A stretch of 32,000 nt of DNA from Horticoccus luteus. GTDB lineage: Bacteria > Verrucomicrobiota > Verrucomicrobiia > Opitutales > Opitutaceae. A program made the position numbers and the translations under genes. The notes beneath the pieces are model-generated. The model was not told the origin of the DNA. It ran no database searches and saw only the letters and a program-made list of their open reading frames with translations. The DNA lies in assembly GCF_019464535.1 (NCBI RefSeq), contig NZ_CP080507.1, forward strand, positions 1,200,001 to 1,232,000, given 5' to 3'. Of this stretch, positions 22,987 through 32,000 are shown piece after piece. Every line of letters starts with the position of its first letter. Position 1 is the stretch's first letter.

Positions 22987-25848
22987 TCAGGGCTGCGGTT
23001 TCTGGGCTGGAATCACTGTCACGCGATAAACGTTCTCCGGCGCGAGGTATTGGCGGGCGAGGGCGTCGATGTCGGTTTTGCTGATCGACTCGACATCCGT
23101 CTGACGCGAGCGGGCCCAGTCGAGGACTTCCGGTTTCTCTTGCGCGCGGCTGAGCACGGCGGCGAGCCAGTAGCGGTTGCTGCGCACGCTTTCGCGCAGG
23201 CTCGTCAGCAGGGGGAGTTTGGCGCGTTTCAATTCGTCGTCGGTCGCACCGTGCGCCTGCAAATCGGCGGCTTGCGCGATCATCGCAGCGCGCAGTTCGG
23301 AGGCTTGGGCGGGGTCGACGACGGAGCTGGCGTTGATCATGCCGTAGCCGGGAAACGCATCGCTCGCCATGCTGCCGACGTCGGGGCTGTAGGTGCCGCC
23401 GAGTTTTTCGCGCACGGTCACACGCAGGCGGTCGCCCAGGATGTCGGCGAGAACGTTCAGGCGACGGGTGCGGCTGACGTCGTTGGCATCGGTCGTCGGC
23501 CAGAAGAGCGCGACGAGGCCTTTGGGGATTTCGGAGCTGATGGTGTAATCGCGTTCGTGCGAGCCGGTGGGAAAATGCACCTCGTGCGCAGCGGGCAGGG
23601 CGGGTTTCGGTTCGCGCGGTGGCAGGGCGCCGAGCGTGCGGGCGACGTCGGCGATGGAGGCGTCGACATCGAGGTCGCCAACGATCGCGAGTTCGATCGC
23701 GCCGTGCTGAAGCTGCGGGGCGAGCCACGCTTTCACCTCGGCGAGGTTGCGTTGCATCATCTGGTCCTGCGGCGGCAGGCCGAAGCGCGGGTCGTCGTTG
23801 GCGAGCCAGTGCGGGACGTCGGTCGCGAGCGGGCCTTCGGGCGTGTGCGCGATGCTGGCGTAGAGTTGCGTGATGCCTTCGCGCGCCTGGCGCAGCGCTT
23901 CGGGCCGGTAGCCGGGATCGACGAGGTGGGCAGTGAGCAATTGCAGTTCGAGCAGGAGATCTTCGGGCGTTGTGGCGCCGCCGAAATTCAGATGATCGGG
24001 CGCGGCGGCGAAGGAGACGCCGACGTTTTTGCCGGCGAGCAAGCGATGCAGATCGTCGACGCTGTGGCGGCCGAGGCCACCGGCGATGAACGTGCCGCCG
24101 GCGAGCGCGGCGAGGCCGCGTTGGTCGCGGGGCTCGGTCAACTGGCCGACGCCGACGCGGGCGTTGAGCCGGATCACGTGCGCTTCGAAGGGCGTGCGTT
24201 TCAGATTGAGACGGACGCCGTTTTTGAACTGCACGAGCGTGATCCCGAGATCGGCGACTTCGCGGCGGCTCGCCACCGCGCCGGCGGGACCAAAATCGGT
24301 GTAGGCAAACTGGCCGACGGATTCCTCGGCGGGTGCGGCGACGGCGACGGACTGGGCGTGTCGATACGCGGTCGCGATCGCGGCGGCGGCGTCGCCGGGG
24401 ATTTTCGCGTTACCGCCGACGATGAGGGAGCGGCCAGGCGCGGCCCATGCCTGGCGGAGCGCGGCGAGACAGTCGGCGGGCGTGACGCGCGCGAGGGTGG
24501 GGACGAAGAGATCGCGCTCGGTCGCGGGCGTGGTGAAGACGTTGCGATCGAGAATGGCGGCGCCGATTTCCTCGGCGAGGGCGTCGGAATGGCGCGTGGG
24601 CGCGGCGTCGGCGGCCTGCTCGAGGGCGGTGCGATAGTTGGCGGTGGCCTCGGCGAGTTCGGCGGCGGTGAAGCCGTGCTCGAGCGCGCCGCGCAAGGCT
24701 TGTTCGCCAGCGGCGAGCGCGGGACTCCATTGGTCAGGGCGACAGATGAGCGAGAGGCTCGCTTCGCGCACGAAGTCGAAGCTCTCGTCGATGCCGATGC
24801 TGGCGGAGGAGAAGGGCGCGTGCTCCTGTTTGGCGAGGATGGCGAGGCGGCGGTTGAGCATCGCGACGGCGAGCTGGCGCGGGAGATATTTGAGGCGGTT
24901 GGCGGCGGTGTCGGCTTCGTAGGCGTAGGACGAAACGGTGTTGATGGAGACGGTGGTGGCGGGCGCTTCGGCGTCGGCGTGGTAAAACGCGTTGACCTTT
25001 TGCGGCGCGGGCACGGTGCCGAGCGAGGGCTTGGGTTCGGCGGGGGCGCGGGCGGTCAAGGAACCGAACGCGGCGCGCACGGCGGTCTCGACGGCGGCGG
25101 GGTCGATGTCGCCGACCACGACGAGCGCCATCAATTCGGGGCGATACCACGTGTTGTAAAAGGCTTCGAAGAGCGGGCGGTCGGCGTGTTCGATGACGTT
25201 GGGCAGGCCGATGGGGAGACGCGCGGGAATGCGCGTGCCGCCGAGGAGAAAATCGAGTTCGGCGGTGAATTCACGGTAACCGACGTCGTCGCGGGCGCGT
25301 TTTTCGGCGAGAATGATGCCGCGCTCTTTTTCGATTTGATCGGGACGCAGGAGAAGACCGCCGGCAAAATCAGAGAAGACGCGGAGGCCCTCGGTGATCG
25401 TCGCCGCGTGAGTGTTGGGCAGTTCGATTTGATAGATCGTGCGGTCGAAAGAGGTGCTGGCGTTGGTGTCGCCGCCGAAGCTCATGCCGAGGCGTTGAAA
25501 GAATTCGACGAGGGTGCCGGGCGGATAATGGGTGCTGCCGTTGAACGCCATGTGCTCGAGGAAGTGGGCGAGGCCGCGCTGGTTGTCGTGTTCTTCGAAG
25601 GAGCCGGCGTGGACGAAGAGGCGGAGCGATACGCGGCCTTTCGGCTCGGCGTTGGCGCGGATGGCGTAGCGAAAGCCGTTGTCGAGCTGGCCGTAGTGGA
25701 CGGCGGGATCGGGCGGCAAATCGCTCTGCGCGACGGCTGGGGCGGGCAATGCCTTAGTGGTGGGCGGCGCAGCGAAGGGCGTGAGGGCGGCGCCGAGGAA
25801 GAGCGCGACGGCCAGAAACAAGTGGGACAAGCGCGGCGATTTCTGCAT
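22987..25848 (-). CDS. Secreted M16 family zinc peptidase (four-domain), paralogue 2
   Basis: The internal ATG at 25848 gives MQKSPRLSHLFLAVALFLGAALTPFAA (signal peptide). Motifs GLAHFLEHMAFNGSTHY (HxxEH) and EKERGIILAEKR. 953 aa. The track ORF's N-terminal 171 codons overlap waaA and are not credible. Confidence 0.9.
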   Translation of the reverse strand: MQKSPRLSHLFLAVALFLGAALTPFAAPPTTKALPAPAVAQSDLPPDPAVHYGQLDNGFRYAIRANAEPKGRVSLRLFVHAGSFEEHDNQRGLAHFLEHMAFNGSTHYPPGTLVEFFQRLGMSFGGDTNASTSFDRTIYQIELPNTHAATITEGLRVFSDFAGGLLLRPDQIEKERGIILAEKRARDDVGYREFTAELDFLLGGTRIPARLPIGLPNVIEHADRPLFEAFYNTWYRPELMALVVVGDIDPAAVETAVRAAFGSLTARAPAEPKPSLGTVPAPQKVNAFYHADAEAPATTVSINTVSSYAYEADTAANRLKYLPRQLAVAMLNRRLAILAKQEHAPFSSASIGIDESFDFVREASLSLICRPDQWSPALAAGEQALRGALEHGFTAAELAEATANYRTALEQAADAAPTRHSDALAEEIGAAILDRNVFTTPATERDLFVPTLARVTPADCLAALRQAWAAPGRSLIVGGNAKIPGDAAAAIATAYRHAQSVAVAAPAEESVGQFAYTDFGPAGAVASRREVADLGITLVQFKNGVRLNLKRTPFEAHVIRLNARVGVGQLTEPRDQRGLAALAGGTFIAGGLGRHSVDDLHRLLAGKNVGVSFAAAPDHLNFGGATTPEDLLLELQLLTAHLVDPGYRPEALRQAREGITQLYASIAHTPEGPLATDVPHWLANDDPRFGLPPQDQMMQRNLAEVKAWLAPQLQHGAIELAIVGDLDVDASIADVARTLGALPPREPKPALPAAHEVHFPTGSHERDYTISSEIPKGLVALFWPTTDANDVSRTRRLNVLADILGDRLRVTVREKLGGTYSPDVGSMASDAFPGYGMINASSVVDPAQASELRAAMIAQAADLQAHGATDDELKRAKLPLLTSLRESVRSNRYWLAAVLSRAQEKPEVLDWARSRQTDVESISKTDIDALARQYLAPENVYRVTVIPAQKPQP

Positions 25849-25944
25849 GGTGGAAAAGTGGGGCCGGTCGCTTGGGTCGTCAAAGACGCAACGGCGGGCG
25901 CAACCGGTTCGACCGGGGCGCGATGGCTCCGCTCCCTTTTTTTC

Positions 25945-27234
25945 ATGCTCTGGCTTTATCGACTTCTTTTTCTGCCGGTTTTGCTCGTGTCGGCGCCGTT
26001 TTACCTGCGGCGGATGCAGAAGCGCGGCGGTTACGGCGAGCATTTCGGGCAACGTTTCGGGCGGGTGCCGACGCTGCCGCCGCGGCGGCCGGGCGTGCCG
26101 CGCATCTGGCTGCAGGCGGTGAGCGTCGGCGAAGTGCTCGCGATCGCTCCGCTGGTGGCGGCGTGGCGGGCGGATGGCGTGGAGGTCTATCTGACCACGA
26201 CGACGAGCACCGGCTACCGCGTGGCGGTGGAACGGTATCGCGGGCAGGTGCTGGCGGTGGGTTATTTCCCGCTCGATGGCTGGCTGTTTTCCGCGCGGGC
26301 GTGGCGGCAGGTGCAGCCTGATCTGGCGGTATTGACAGAAGGCGAGCGCTGGCCGGAGCACATGGCGCAGGCGCAGCGGCGCGGCGTGCCGGTGATCGCG
26401 ATCAATGCGCGCATGTCGGACCGGAGTCTGCGGCGGATGCGGCGTTGGCGCTGGGCGGTGCAGCCGATGATGGGGGCGTTGACGCGCGTGCTGGCGAGTT
26501 CAGCGCACGATGCGGAGCGCTTTCGGGAACTCGGCGTGCCGCCGGAGCGGCTGATGACGACGGGAAATTTGAAATTGGACGTGACGATCGAAACCCTCGA
26601 CGCGGTCGCGAAGGCGAAACTGCGACGAGAACTCGGGCTGCGCGGCGGACTCGTGCTGGTGGGCTCTTCGACGTGGCAGGGAGAGGAGGAAATGTTGTTG
26701 CAGGCGTGGCGCGCGGCGCGCGCGGAAGGCGTGGATTGCTCGCTGTTAATCGTGCCGCGTCATGCCGAGCGGCGCGCCGCGCTGGTGGCGCAACTGGAGG
26801 CGGCGCGCGTGAGTTTTCATCTGCGGTCGCGCGGCGCGGCGCCGGCGGAGGTGGACGTGGCGGTGGGCGACACGACGGGAGAGTTGAGCCGGTTGGTGCA
26901 GCTCGCGGATTTAGTTTTCATCGGCAAAAGTCTGCCGCCGAACGAAGGCGGACAGACGCCGGTCGAGTCGGCGGCACTGGGCAAGCCCATCGTGTTCGGG
27001 CCGGCGATGAGCAATTTTCGCGTGATCTCAGCGGAGTTGGTCGCGGCGGGTGCGGCGTGGCAGGGAAACGATCGCGCAGCGGTGGCGGGGAAATTGGTGA
27101 CGTTGCTGCAGGATGAGGCGCAACGCGCGACGATGGCGCGGGCGGCGATCGAGTGGCATCGAGCCAACGTCGGAGCGATGGGGCGCACCCTGGCGGTGAT
27201 CCGCGACGAACTGGCGCGCGGGCGGCGAAATTGA
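25945..27234 (+). CDS. waaA: 3-deoxy-D-manno-octulosonic acid (Kdo) transferase WaaA/KdtA
   Basis: The real part of the 1464-aa track ORF starts at the ATG at 25945: MLWLYRLLFLPVLLVSAPFYL (TM anchor). Sequence WLQAVSVGEV...TTTTSTG...ERWPE...INARMSDRS...TGNLKLD...VPRHPER-like VPRHAER...VGDTTGEL. Collinear with E. coli WaaA. Confidence 0.85.
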   Translation: MLWLYRLLFLPVLLVSAPFYLRRMQKRGGYGEHFGQRFGRVPTLPPRRPGVPRIWLQAVSVGEVLAIAPLVAAWRADGVEVYLTTTTSTGYRVAVERYRGQVLAVGYFPLDGWLFSARAWRQVQPDLAVLTEGERWPEHMAQAQRRGVPVIAINARMSDRSLRRMRRWRWAVQPMMGALTRVLASSAHDAERFRELGVPPERLMTTGNLKLDVTIETLDAVAKAKLRRELGLRGGLVLVGSSTWQGEEEMLLQAWRAARAEGVDCSLLIVPRHAERRAALVAQLEAARVSFHLRSRGAAPAEVDVAVGDTTGELSRLVQLADLVFIGKSLPPNEGGQTPVESAALGKPIVFGPAMSNFRVISAELVAAGAAWQGNDRAAVAGKLVTLLQDEAQRATMARAAIEWHRANVGAMGRTLAVIRDELARGRRN

Positions 27235-27253
27235 GGCGGAGACGGCGCGCGGA

Positions 27254-28330
27254 TTACGCGCTCTGACTTTGCTCGGCGAGACGCGCGGGACTGCCGGCGA
27301 GGCCGCCGAGCGCGGGGCTGATGTGATTCCACACCGCGGTCGCTTTTTCGCCCACGAGCAAGCGGCATTTGGCCAGCTCCGCTTCGCGGGCGGCACGGTT
27401 TTGCGCGGCGATTTGCGCGAGATCGTCGAGGTTGTAAACGAAGACGTTGTCGAGGCGCGCGACGTCGGCGTCGACATCGCGGGGCAAGGCCAGATCGATG
27501 AAGAAAAGGGGGCGGGCGGAGCGTTTTTTGATCGCGGCGGCGGCGAGCGGGACGGGGATCACGGCGGCGGGCGCCGAGGTGCAGCAGACGACGATGTCGA
27601 ATTCCGCGAGGCGCGATTCGTGTTGTTCGAAGGGCAGCGCGCTGGCGCCGAGCGCGGTGGCGAGCTCCATCGCGCGTTCGAGGCGGCGGCTGGAGACGGT
27701 GAGCGAGGTTGAGCCGCGGCTTTGAAAGGCGCGGGCGGTTTTCTCGCCGATCTCACCGGCGCCGAGGAGGAGGATGCGGGTGCTGGCGAGATCGCCGTAG
27801 ATGGTGAGCGCGAGGTCGACGGCGACGTTGGCGACGCTCACGTGGCCTTCGCCGATCGCGGTGGTGGCGCGAATGTGTTTCGCCGCTTGAAACGCTTTTT
27901 GAAACAGGCGGTTCAACACGGCGCCCGTGTGGCCGGCGGCTTGGGCGGCGGCGTAGGCTTGTTTCACCTGACCGAGAATTTCCGCTTCACCGAGCATCTG
28001 GGAATCGAGACCGGCGGCGACTTCGAAGAGGTGCCGCACGGCGTCGGGTCCGGCGAGGTGCAGCCGGAACTGCTGAAACTCCGCGGGGGCGAAATGCTGG
28101 CGCGAGCAAAAGGCGGCTTCGACGCGCGCCACGGCGTCGGCGGACGTGGCGACGCCGTAAAACTCCACGCGGTTGCACGTGTTGAGCACGGTCAGTTCGC
28201 GGAGCGCACCGCTGGCGGCGAGCTCGGCCTGCAACTCGGCGGCGGCCTCGGGGGGCAGCGACAGGCGCTCGCGCACCGCGATCGGTGTGGTGTGGTGCGT
28301 GGCGCCGAGAACGAACAAGCCCTTACTCAT
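27254..28330 (-). CDS. hemA: Glutamyl-tRNA reductase HemA (short C-terminus)
   Basis: FVLGATHHTTPIAVRE, LNTCNRVEFY (active-site Cys), GLDSQMLGEAEILGQVK, LLGAGEIGE (NADPH site), IDLALPRDVD and YNLDDL. Confidence 0.9.
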   Translation of the reverse strand: MSKGLFVLGATHHTTPIAVRERLSLPPEAAAELQAELAASGALRELTVLNTCNRVEFYGVATSADAVARVEAAFCSRQHFAPAEFQQFRLHLAGPDAVRHLFEVAAGLDSQMLGEAEILGQVKQAYAAAQAAGHTGAVLNRLFQKAFQAAKHIRATTAIGEGHVSVANVAVDLALTIYGDLASTRILLLGAGEIGEKTARAFQSRGSTSLTVSSRRLERAMELATALGASALPFEQHESRLAEFDIVVCCTSAPAAVIPVPLAAAAIKKRSARPLFFIDLALPRDVDADVARLDNVFVYNLDDLAQIAAQNRAAREAELAKCRLLVGEKATAVWNHISPALGGLAGSPARLAEQSQSA

Positions 28331-29168
28331 GGCCGGTGACGTAGCCGGTGGGATGATCGCGCAGGTCAGTGCTGACCGGCCCGAGTGAAATCAGCGCGGC
28401 GATAAAAAGGAGCGCACAGGTCCACGCGAAACGTTGCGCAATGAGCGTGCGTTTCGCGCGCAGAAAGAGGGTGAGGGCATAGGCGAACCAGACGGCGACG
28501 GTGAAGCTGATCTTGACGTAGTTGACCGTGGAGAGGTCGTGAAGCCACCAGCGCGCGCCGACGAGAACGGCCGCGGTCATCAACGCGACGCCCAAGCCCA
28601 GGAGCCGGTAGCCGATGTGATCGAGATCGAGGATCGAGGGGAGAAACGAAAAGCCGCCGCCGACGCGTTTGGATTTGAGCGAGTGATTGCGGAGAAGAAA
28701 CATCACCGAGGTCAACGCGAGCAGGCCGAACACGCCGTAGCTGAAAAGCGCGAGGGCGGCGTGAAATTCGATCCAGGCGTTGCCGCCAAAGATGTGGGCG
28801 CGCCGCGTGGCATCCCACGATGGGATGATGAGCGAGATGAAGGAGAGGACCGCGGAGAGCGATGCCGTGAAGTGGCCGAGGAGGCTGAGGCGAAATGTGG
28901 CGCCGATGAGGAGAAACACGCTGGTGGCCGACCACGCGGTGAATTGAATGATTTCGAAATGGTTGCCGAGCGGACAGCCGCCGACGGTGCGCCCGCGGAG
29001 ATACAAGCCAATCGTCTGGAACACATATCCGGTGAGCACCACGCCGTAAACGAGTGCGGTGGAACGGCGTCCGCGACTGAAAACGGAGAGCGTGCCGAGC
29101 AGGAGGCCGATCAGGTAAAAACCTGCGGCGAGCCACAACCAGGTGCGATCGGCGGAAGAGGCGAACAT
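28323..29168 (-). CDS. Cytochrome c assembly (CcsA/HemX-like) family membrane protein
   Basis: Polytopic membrane protein. Its 3' end overlaps the hemA start by 8 nt. Composition and length resemble the CcsA-like 'HemX/YpjD' proteins found next to hemA in other bacteria. Confidence 0.75.
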   Translation of the reverse strand: MFASSADRTWLWLAAGFYLIGLLLGTLSVFSRGRRSTALVYGVVLTGYVFQTIGLYLRGRTVGGCPLGNHFEIIQFTAWSATSVFLLIGATFRLSLLGHFTASLSAVLSFISLIIPSWDATRRAHIFGGNAWIEFHAALALFSYGVFGLLALTSVMFLLRNHSLKSKRVGGGFSFLPSILDLDHIGYRLLGLGVALMTAAVLVGARWWLHDLSTVNYVKISFTVAVWFAYALTLFLRAKRTLIAQRFAWTCALLFIAALISLGPVSTDLRDHPTGYVTGHE

Positions 29169-29316
29169 GAAAGGGCCGACGTTAACAACCGGGCGGCGCG
29201 GCGCAAGTGTGCGGCGCGCGCCCGGACGTGTGCGTCGGCGTCAACGGGGAGAACAGCGCAGAGGGCCTGCGCGGCGGGCCAGCGGCTGGCGGCGGAGCGA
29301 GCGGCCCGTGGCGTCG

Positions 29317-29967
29317 TCAGGCGCGGCGGAGACGCCGGCGCCGCAGATGAAACGCCAAACCGAGCACGCTGGCGCCCACGAGAGCGGACCATGTCGCCGG
29401 TTCGGGGATTGGAGAGGCTGCGCTGACCGAGAAGGCGCCGCCCTGCGTGTTGCTGCTGTTGGCGATGATCAGATCGCCTCCGCTCGTGGCGTAGGGACTG
29501 TGCCCTTGGTCATCAAATCCGCTTGTGCCCGTGAACCCGTTTGGCCCGTCGAGGCTCAGGAAGCCGTTTGCGCTATCGATGTAGATTGCTCCGGCATCTG
29601 AATAAAATCCTGAAGCGCCGTGGGCTTCTCCGAAGTAGGCGGTGTAGTCGATGGAGAAAATTGTCCAACCCGTGAGGGAGACCGTGAACGTATTGGAGGC
29701 GTCGGCGATCGTCAGGGAAACGAGTGCGTCGATATCCCATTCCGGGACCTCGCCTCCAGTGTAAACGCGCGTGGCCGGATCGGCGGTCGCGGTTGCGGTC
29801 CAAGTCGCATCGGTGAAGGCAGTGCCATTCAGTGAGCCAGAGATCAGGCCACCGGTGGCGGTGTAGTTGAGCACAGTTTGCGCGGACGCAGAAACGGCGA
29901 GCAGGCAGAGCAGGAGCGAGGCGCGAAAGGAAAATGAAGTTGGAAGCATGAAAGGGGGTGAAGGCAT
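29317..29967 (-). CDS. PEP-CTERM sorting-domain protein
   Basis: Signal peptide ...LLLCLLAVSASAQT. C-terminal PIPEPATWSALVGASVLGLAFHLRRRRLRRA, i.e. a PEP motif, a TM helix and an Arg cluster. An alternative ATG lies at 29949. Confidence 0.8.
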   Translation of the reverse strand: MPSPPFMLPTSFSFRASLLLCLLAVSASAQTVLNYTATGGLISGSLNGTAFTDATWTATATADPATRVYTGGEVPEWDIDALVSLTIADASNTFTVSLTGWTIFSIDYTAYFGEAHGASGFYSDAGAIYIDSANGFLSLDGPNGFTGTSGFDDQGHSPYATSGGDLIIANSSNTQGGAFSVSAASPIPEPATWSALVGASVLGLAFHLRRRRLRRA

Positions 29968-30094
29968 CAGTGTTTCACTCTTTCACGAAGGCATTCGCGG
30001 TCCCGCCGGTTTATTTACATCTAATTCGCAACACGGTCGCGGCGCAGCGGCAAATGTCGGCGATCCAACGTAACGCAGGGAGGCCGCCAGAGCG

Positions 30095-30976
30095 TCAGGC
30101 GTTTCGGTGCGCGCACCAGAAGCGGCATTCGTCGGAAAAATCGAGGACGGCGCGGGATTCCTTGGCGAGGTCGCGGCGAAGAGAGTCGAAGTGATGCGTC
30201 CAACCGGTCGCGGCGAGATCGGCGAGAATTTCGGCGCGGTTGGGGAGGTGCATGAACGTGCGGCCCGTTTCGTCTTCGAAATAGCGGTCGCCGAATTCAA
30301 CGAGGCGCGGGTCTTGCGTGCCGGCGGCCCAGCGCGTGGCTTCGAGACGCCAGAGGACGCGCTCCGTGGGCGAACTGTCGCGATCGTGCGTGGTGAAGAG
30401 CAACGGCGCGCCGGGGCCGCAGGCGCGATGGAGTTGACGCAGCGCTGCGCGGCGGCGGCGGCGACCGGGGATCTGCATCAGGCCGTTGAACATGAAAAGC
30501 GCGCCGGCGAAAGCGCCGGAGTGCAAACGGGATTTGTCACCCATTAAGTGACAAACGGGCCCGCGCACGCCGGAGGTGGTGGGCGGGGAAAGAAGCGCGT
30601 CGTCGCCGGCAAAGACATCGGCGGCGGTGGAAGAATCGGCGGGCGGAGCGAACGGGAGACGCGTGGCGTCGGCGTGGAGGAAGTGGATCGTTTCGGCATG
30701 GCGCTCGGCGGCGAGGGCGCGCGCTTGATCGAGAAGTTCGGCGGCGAAATCGAACGCGGTGAGGTGGTGGTAGCCGAGTTGCCAGAGCCCGAGCGTCACC
30801 CGGCCGGCGCCGCAGCCGGCTTCGAGGAGTGGCGCGGCGCGGTCGGGGAAAAAGCGCTCGATGAGGAGCCGTTCGGACGCCCAGAGGCCGAGTTCGTGAG
30901 CGGCGCGCGTGTAATGCAGGACAGCCGGAAGATCGTTGAAATCGGCGCGAACGGTGGCCGTGGAAATCTTTTTCAC
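30095..30976 (-). CDS. Class I SAM-dependent methyltransferase
   Basis: GTG start. Motif I LLEAGCGAGRVTL, acidic post-I AFDFA, HADATRLPF, and a later FMFNGLMQIP. Confidence 0.75.
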   Translation of the reverse strand: MKKISTATVRADFNDLPAVLHYTRAAHELGLWASERLLIERFFPDRAAPLLEAGCGAGRVTLGLWQLGYHHLTAFDFAAELLDQARALAAERHAETIHFLHADATRLPFAPPADSSTAADVFAGDDALLSPPTTSGVRGPVCHLMGDKSRLHSGAFAGALFMFNGLMQIPGRRRRRAALRQLHRACGPGAPLLFTTHDRDSSPTERVLWRLEATRWAAGTQDPRLVEFGDRYFEDETGRTFMHLPNRAEILADLAATGWTHHFDSLRRDLAKESRAVLDFSDECRFWCAHRNA

Positions 30977-31011
30977 CTCGAGAGCAGGCGGAAGAGCGCG
31001 GCCCGGTCAGC

Positions 31012-32000
31012 TCAGGATTTTTTCTGCCACGCGGCGACAAACATGCCGTTGGCGTGAAGTTCGTGCGGCCAAAGAAAAAGTGACGAGCGATCGGTGCCGA
31101 GGGAGGAGAGCGGTGCGGGCTCGAATTCGGGATGCGCCGCAGTGAAGGCGTCGGCGACGGCGGTGGTTTCGGTGCGCGTGAGCGTGCAGACGGAATAGAT
31201 CAGGCGACCGCGGGCTTTAAGGGAGCCGGCGACGTGTTCGAGGAGGGCGCGCTGCGTGACGGCGAGTTCGCGCACGTCGTGAAGGGACGTCGTCCAGCGG
31301 GCATGAGGGTTGCGCTGCCAGGTGCCGACGCCGCTGCATGGGGCATCGATCAGAATGCCGTTGAATTTAGTTTTGGTGGGGAGCTTCGCGGAGCCATCCC
31401 ACGGGGCGGTGCGGAAGTTGAAAATTTTGGCGCGGGCGGCGCGACGTTTGAGATTTTCGAGTCGGCGGACGGAGCGGTCGGTCGCCCAGATCAGGCCTTT
31501 ATTGGCCATGAGGTCGGCGAGGTGGAGCATCTTGCCGCCTTCGCCGGCGCAGGCGTCCCACCAGGTTTCGCCGGGATTCGGGGCGGCGGCGAGGCCGACG
31601 AGTTGGGAGGCGAGATCCTGGATTTCGAAAGCGCCTTCATGGAATTGCGCGGTGCGAAACAGATCCTGCTGGCCGCAGTAATGGAGGGCGTCGGGCGCGC
31701 GGGGCGTGGGCACGCAGTCGCGGAGTTGGGCGGCGAGATGGCCGGCGGTGCCGGGACGGGCGCGCAGCCAGAGCGCGGGCTCGCGTTGCAATTCGAGGAA
31801 GAAGTCGGGCGGCAGATCCATTTCTTCGCTGAGCCACGCGGGCACGGCGCGGGCGGCGAGGGCCTCGGGTTTCACGGACTTCGGATCGGCGGTGAATTTC
31901 TCGTGCAAGGCGACGGCCTGCTCGACGCGTTTCTGCGGGGAAGCGCGTTGATCGAGCCATTGGAACCAGCGGAAATAGGTGAAGAGCGCGCGGCTGATGG
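31012..32000 (-). CDS. RsmB/NOP2/Sun-family RNA m5C methyltransferase (N-terminus beyond the window)
   Basis: The track 'M' at 31908 is a TTG. The frame stays open to the window edge (...ISRALFTYFRWFQWLDQRASPQKRVEQAVALHEKF...). Motifs: WDACAGEGGK, LIDAPCSGVGTWQRNP and YSVCTLTRTE (the two catalytic Cys). Confidence 0.8.
   Translation of the reverse strand, partial: ISRALFTYFRWFQWLDQRASPQKRVEQAVALHEKFTADPKSVKPEALAARAVPAWLSEEMDLPPDFFLELQREPALWLRARPGTAGHLAAQLRDCVPTPRAPDALHYCGQQDLFRTAQFHEGAFEIQDLASQLVGLAAAPNPGETWWDACAGEGGKMLHLADLMANKGLIWATDRSVRRLENLKRRAARAKIFNFRTAPWDGSAKLPTKTKFNGILIDAPCSGVGTWQRNPHARWTTSLHDVRELAVTQRALLEHVAGSLKARGRLIYSVCTLTRTETTAVADAFTAAHPEFEPAPLSSLGTDRSSLFLWPHELHANGMFVAAWQKKS

Noticed and set aside
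22840-25944. First 1035 codons of the 1464-aa + ORF
   Set aside because: This part is antisense to M16 paralogue 2 and has shadow composition. Only the part from the ATG at 25945 (WaaA) matches a real family.

Overview
High-GC bacterial chromosomal segment. Hand counts give about 75% G+C in a typical coding line. Several signatures suggest a Verrucomicrobiota/PVC-type genome, but this is inference only: a PEP-CTERM protein, a Y1 'transposase' starting MARKLRIQFPGAIYHV, and paired ~950-aa secreted M16 peptidases. I support about 34 protein-coding genes. I saw no rRNA, tRNA or CRISPR array by eye. Many long ORFs in the track (for example 7424..9670 + and the first 1035 codons of 22840..27234 +) are antisense shadows of real genes, as expected at this GC content. 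The track also translates GTG/TTG starts as M, so I re-picked several starts.

Most genes are housekeeping: rlmJ, mog, gluQ, waaA, hemA, a LOG-family protein, Nudix and MazG-like enzymes, Hsp20, a BASS transporter, an RsmB-like methyltransferase and SDRs.

Two regions stand out:
- 1-5677: a tightly packed operon encoding an ACP::FabZ-like fusion, a ketosynthase, an SDR and an MGDG-synthase-like GT28, with a divergent GT4 upstream. It looks like a dedicated acyl-chain-plus-glycolipid module that I cannot match to a described pathway.
- 21019-22986: a lower-GC ~2 kb island splitting two paralogous M16 peptidase genes. It carries a Y1 (HUH) transposase-like gene with a long C-terminal extension, a perfect 22-nt tandem repeat in its upstream region, and a possible relic of a peptidase 3' end.

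All family assignments come from motif recognition by eye. No database search was run.
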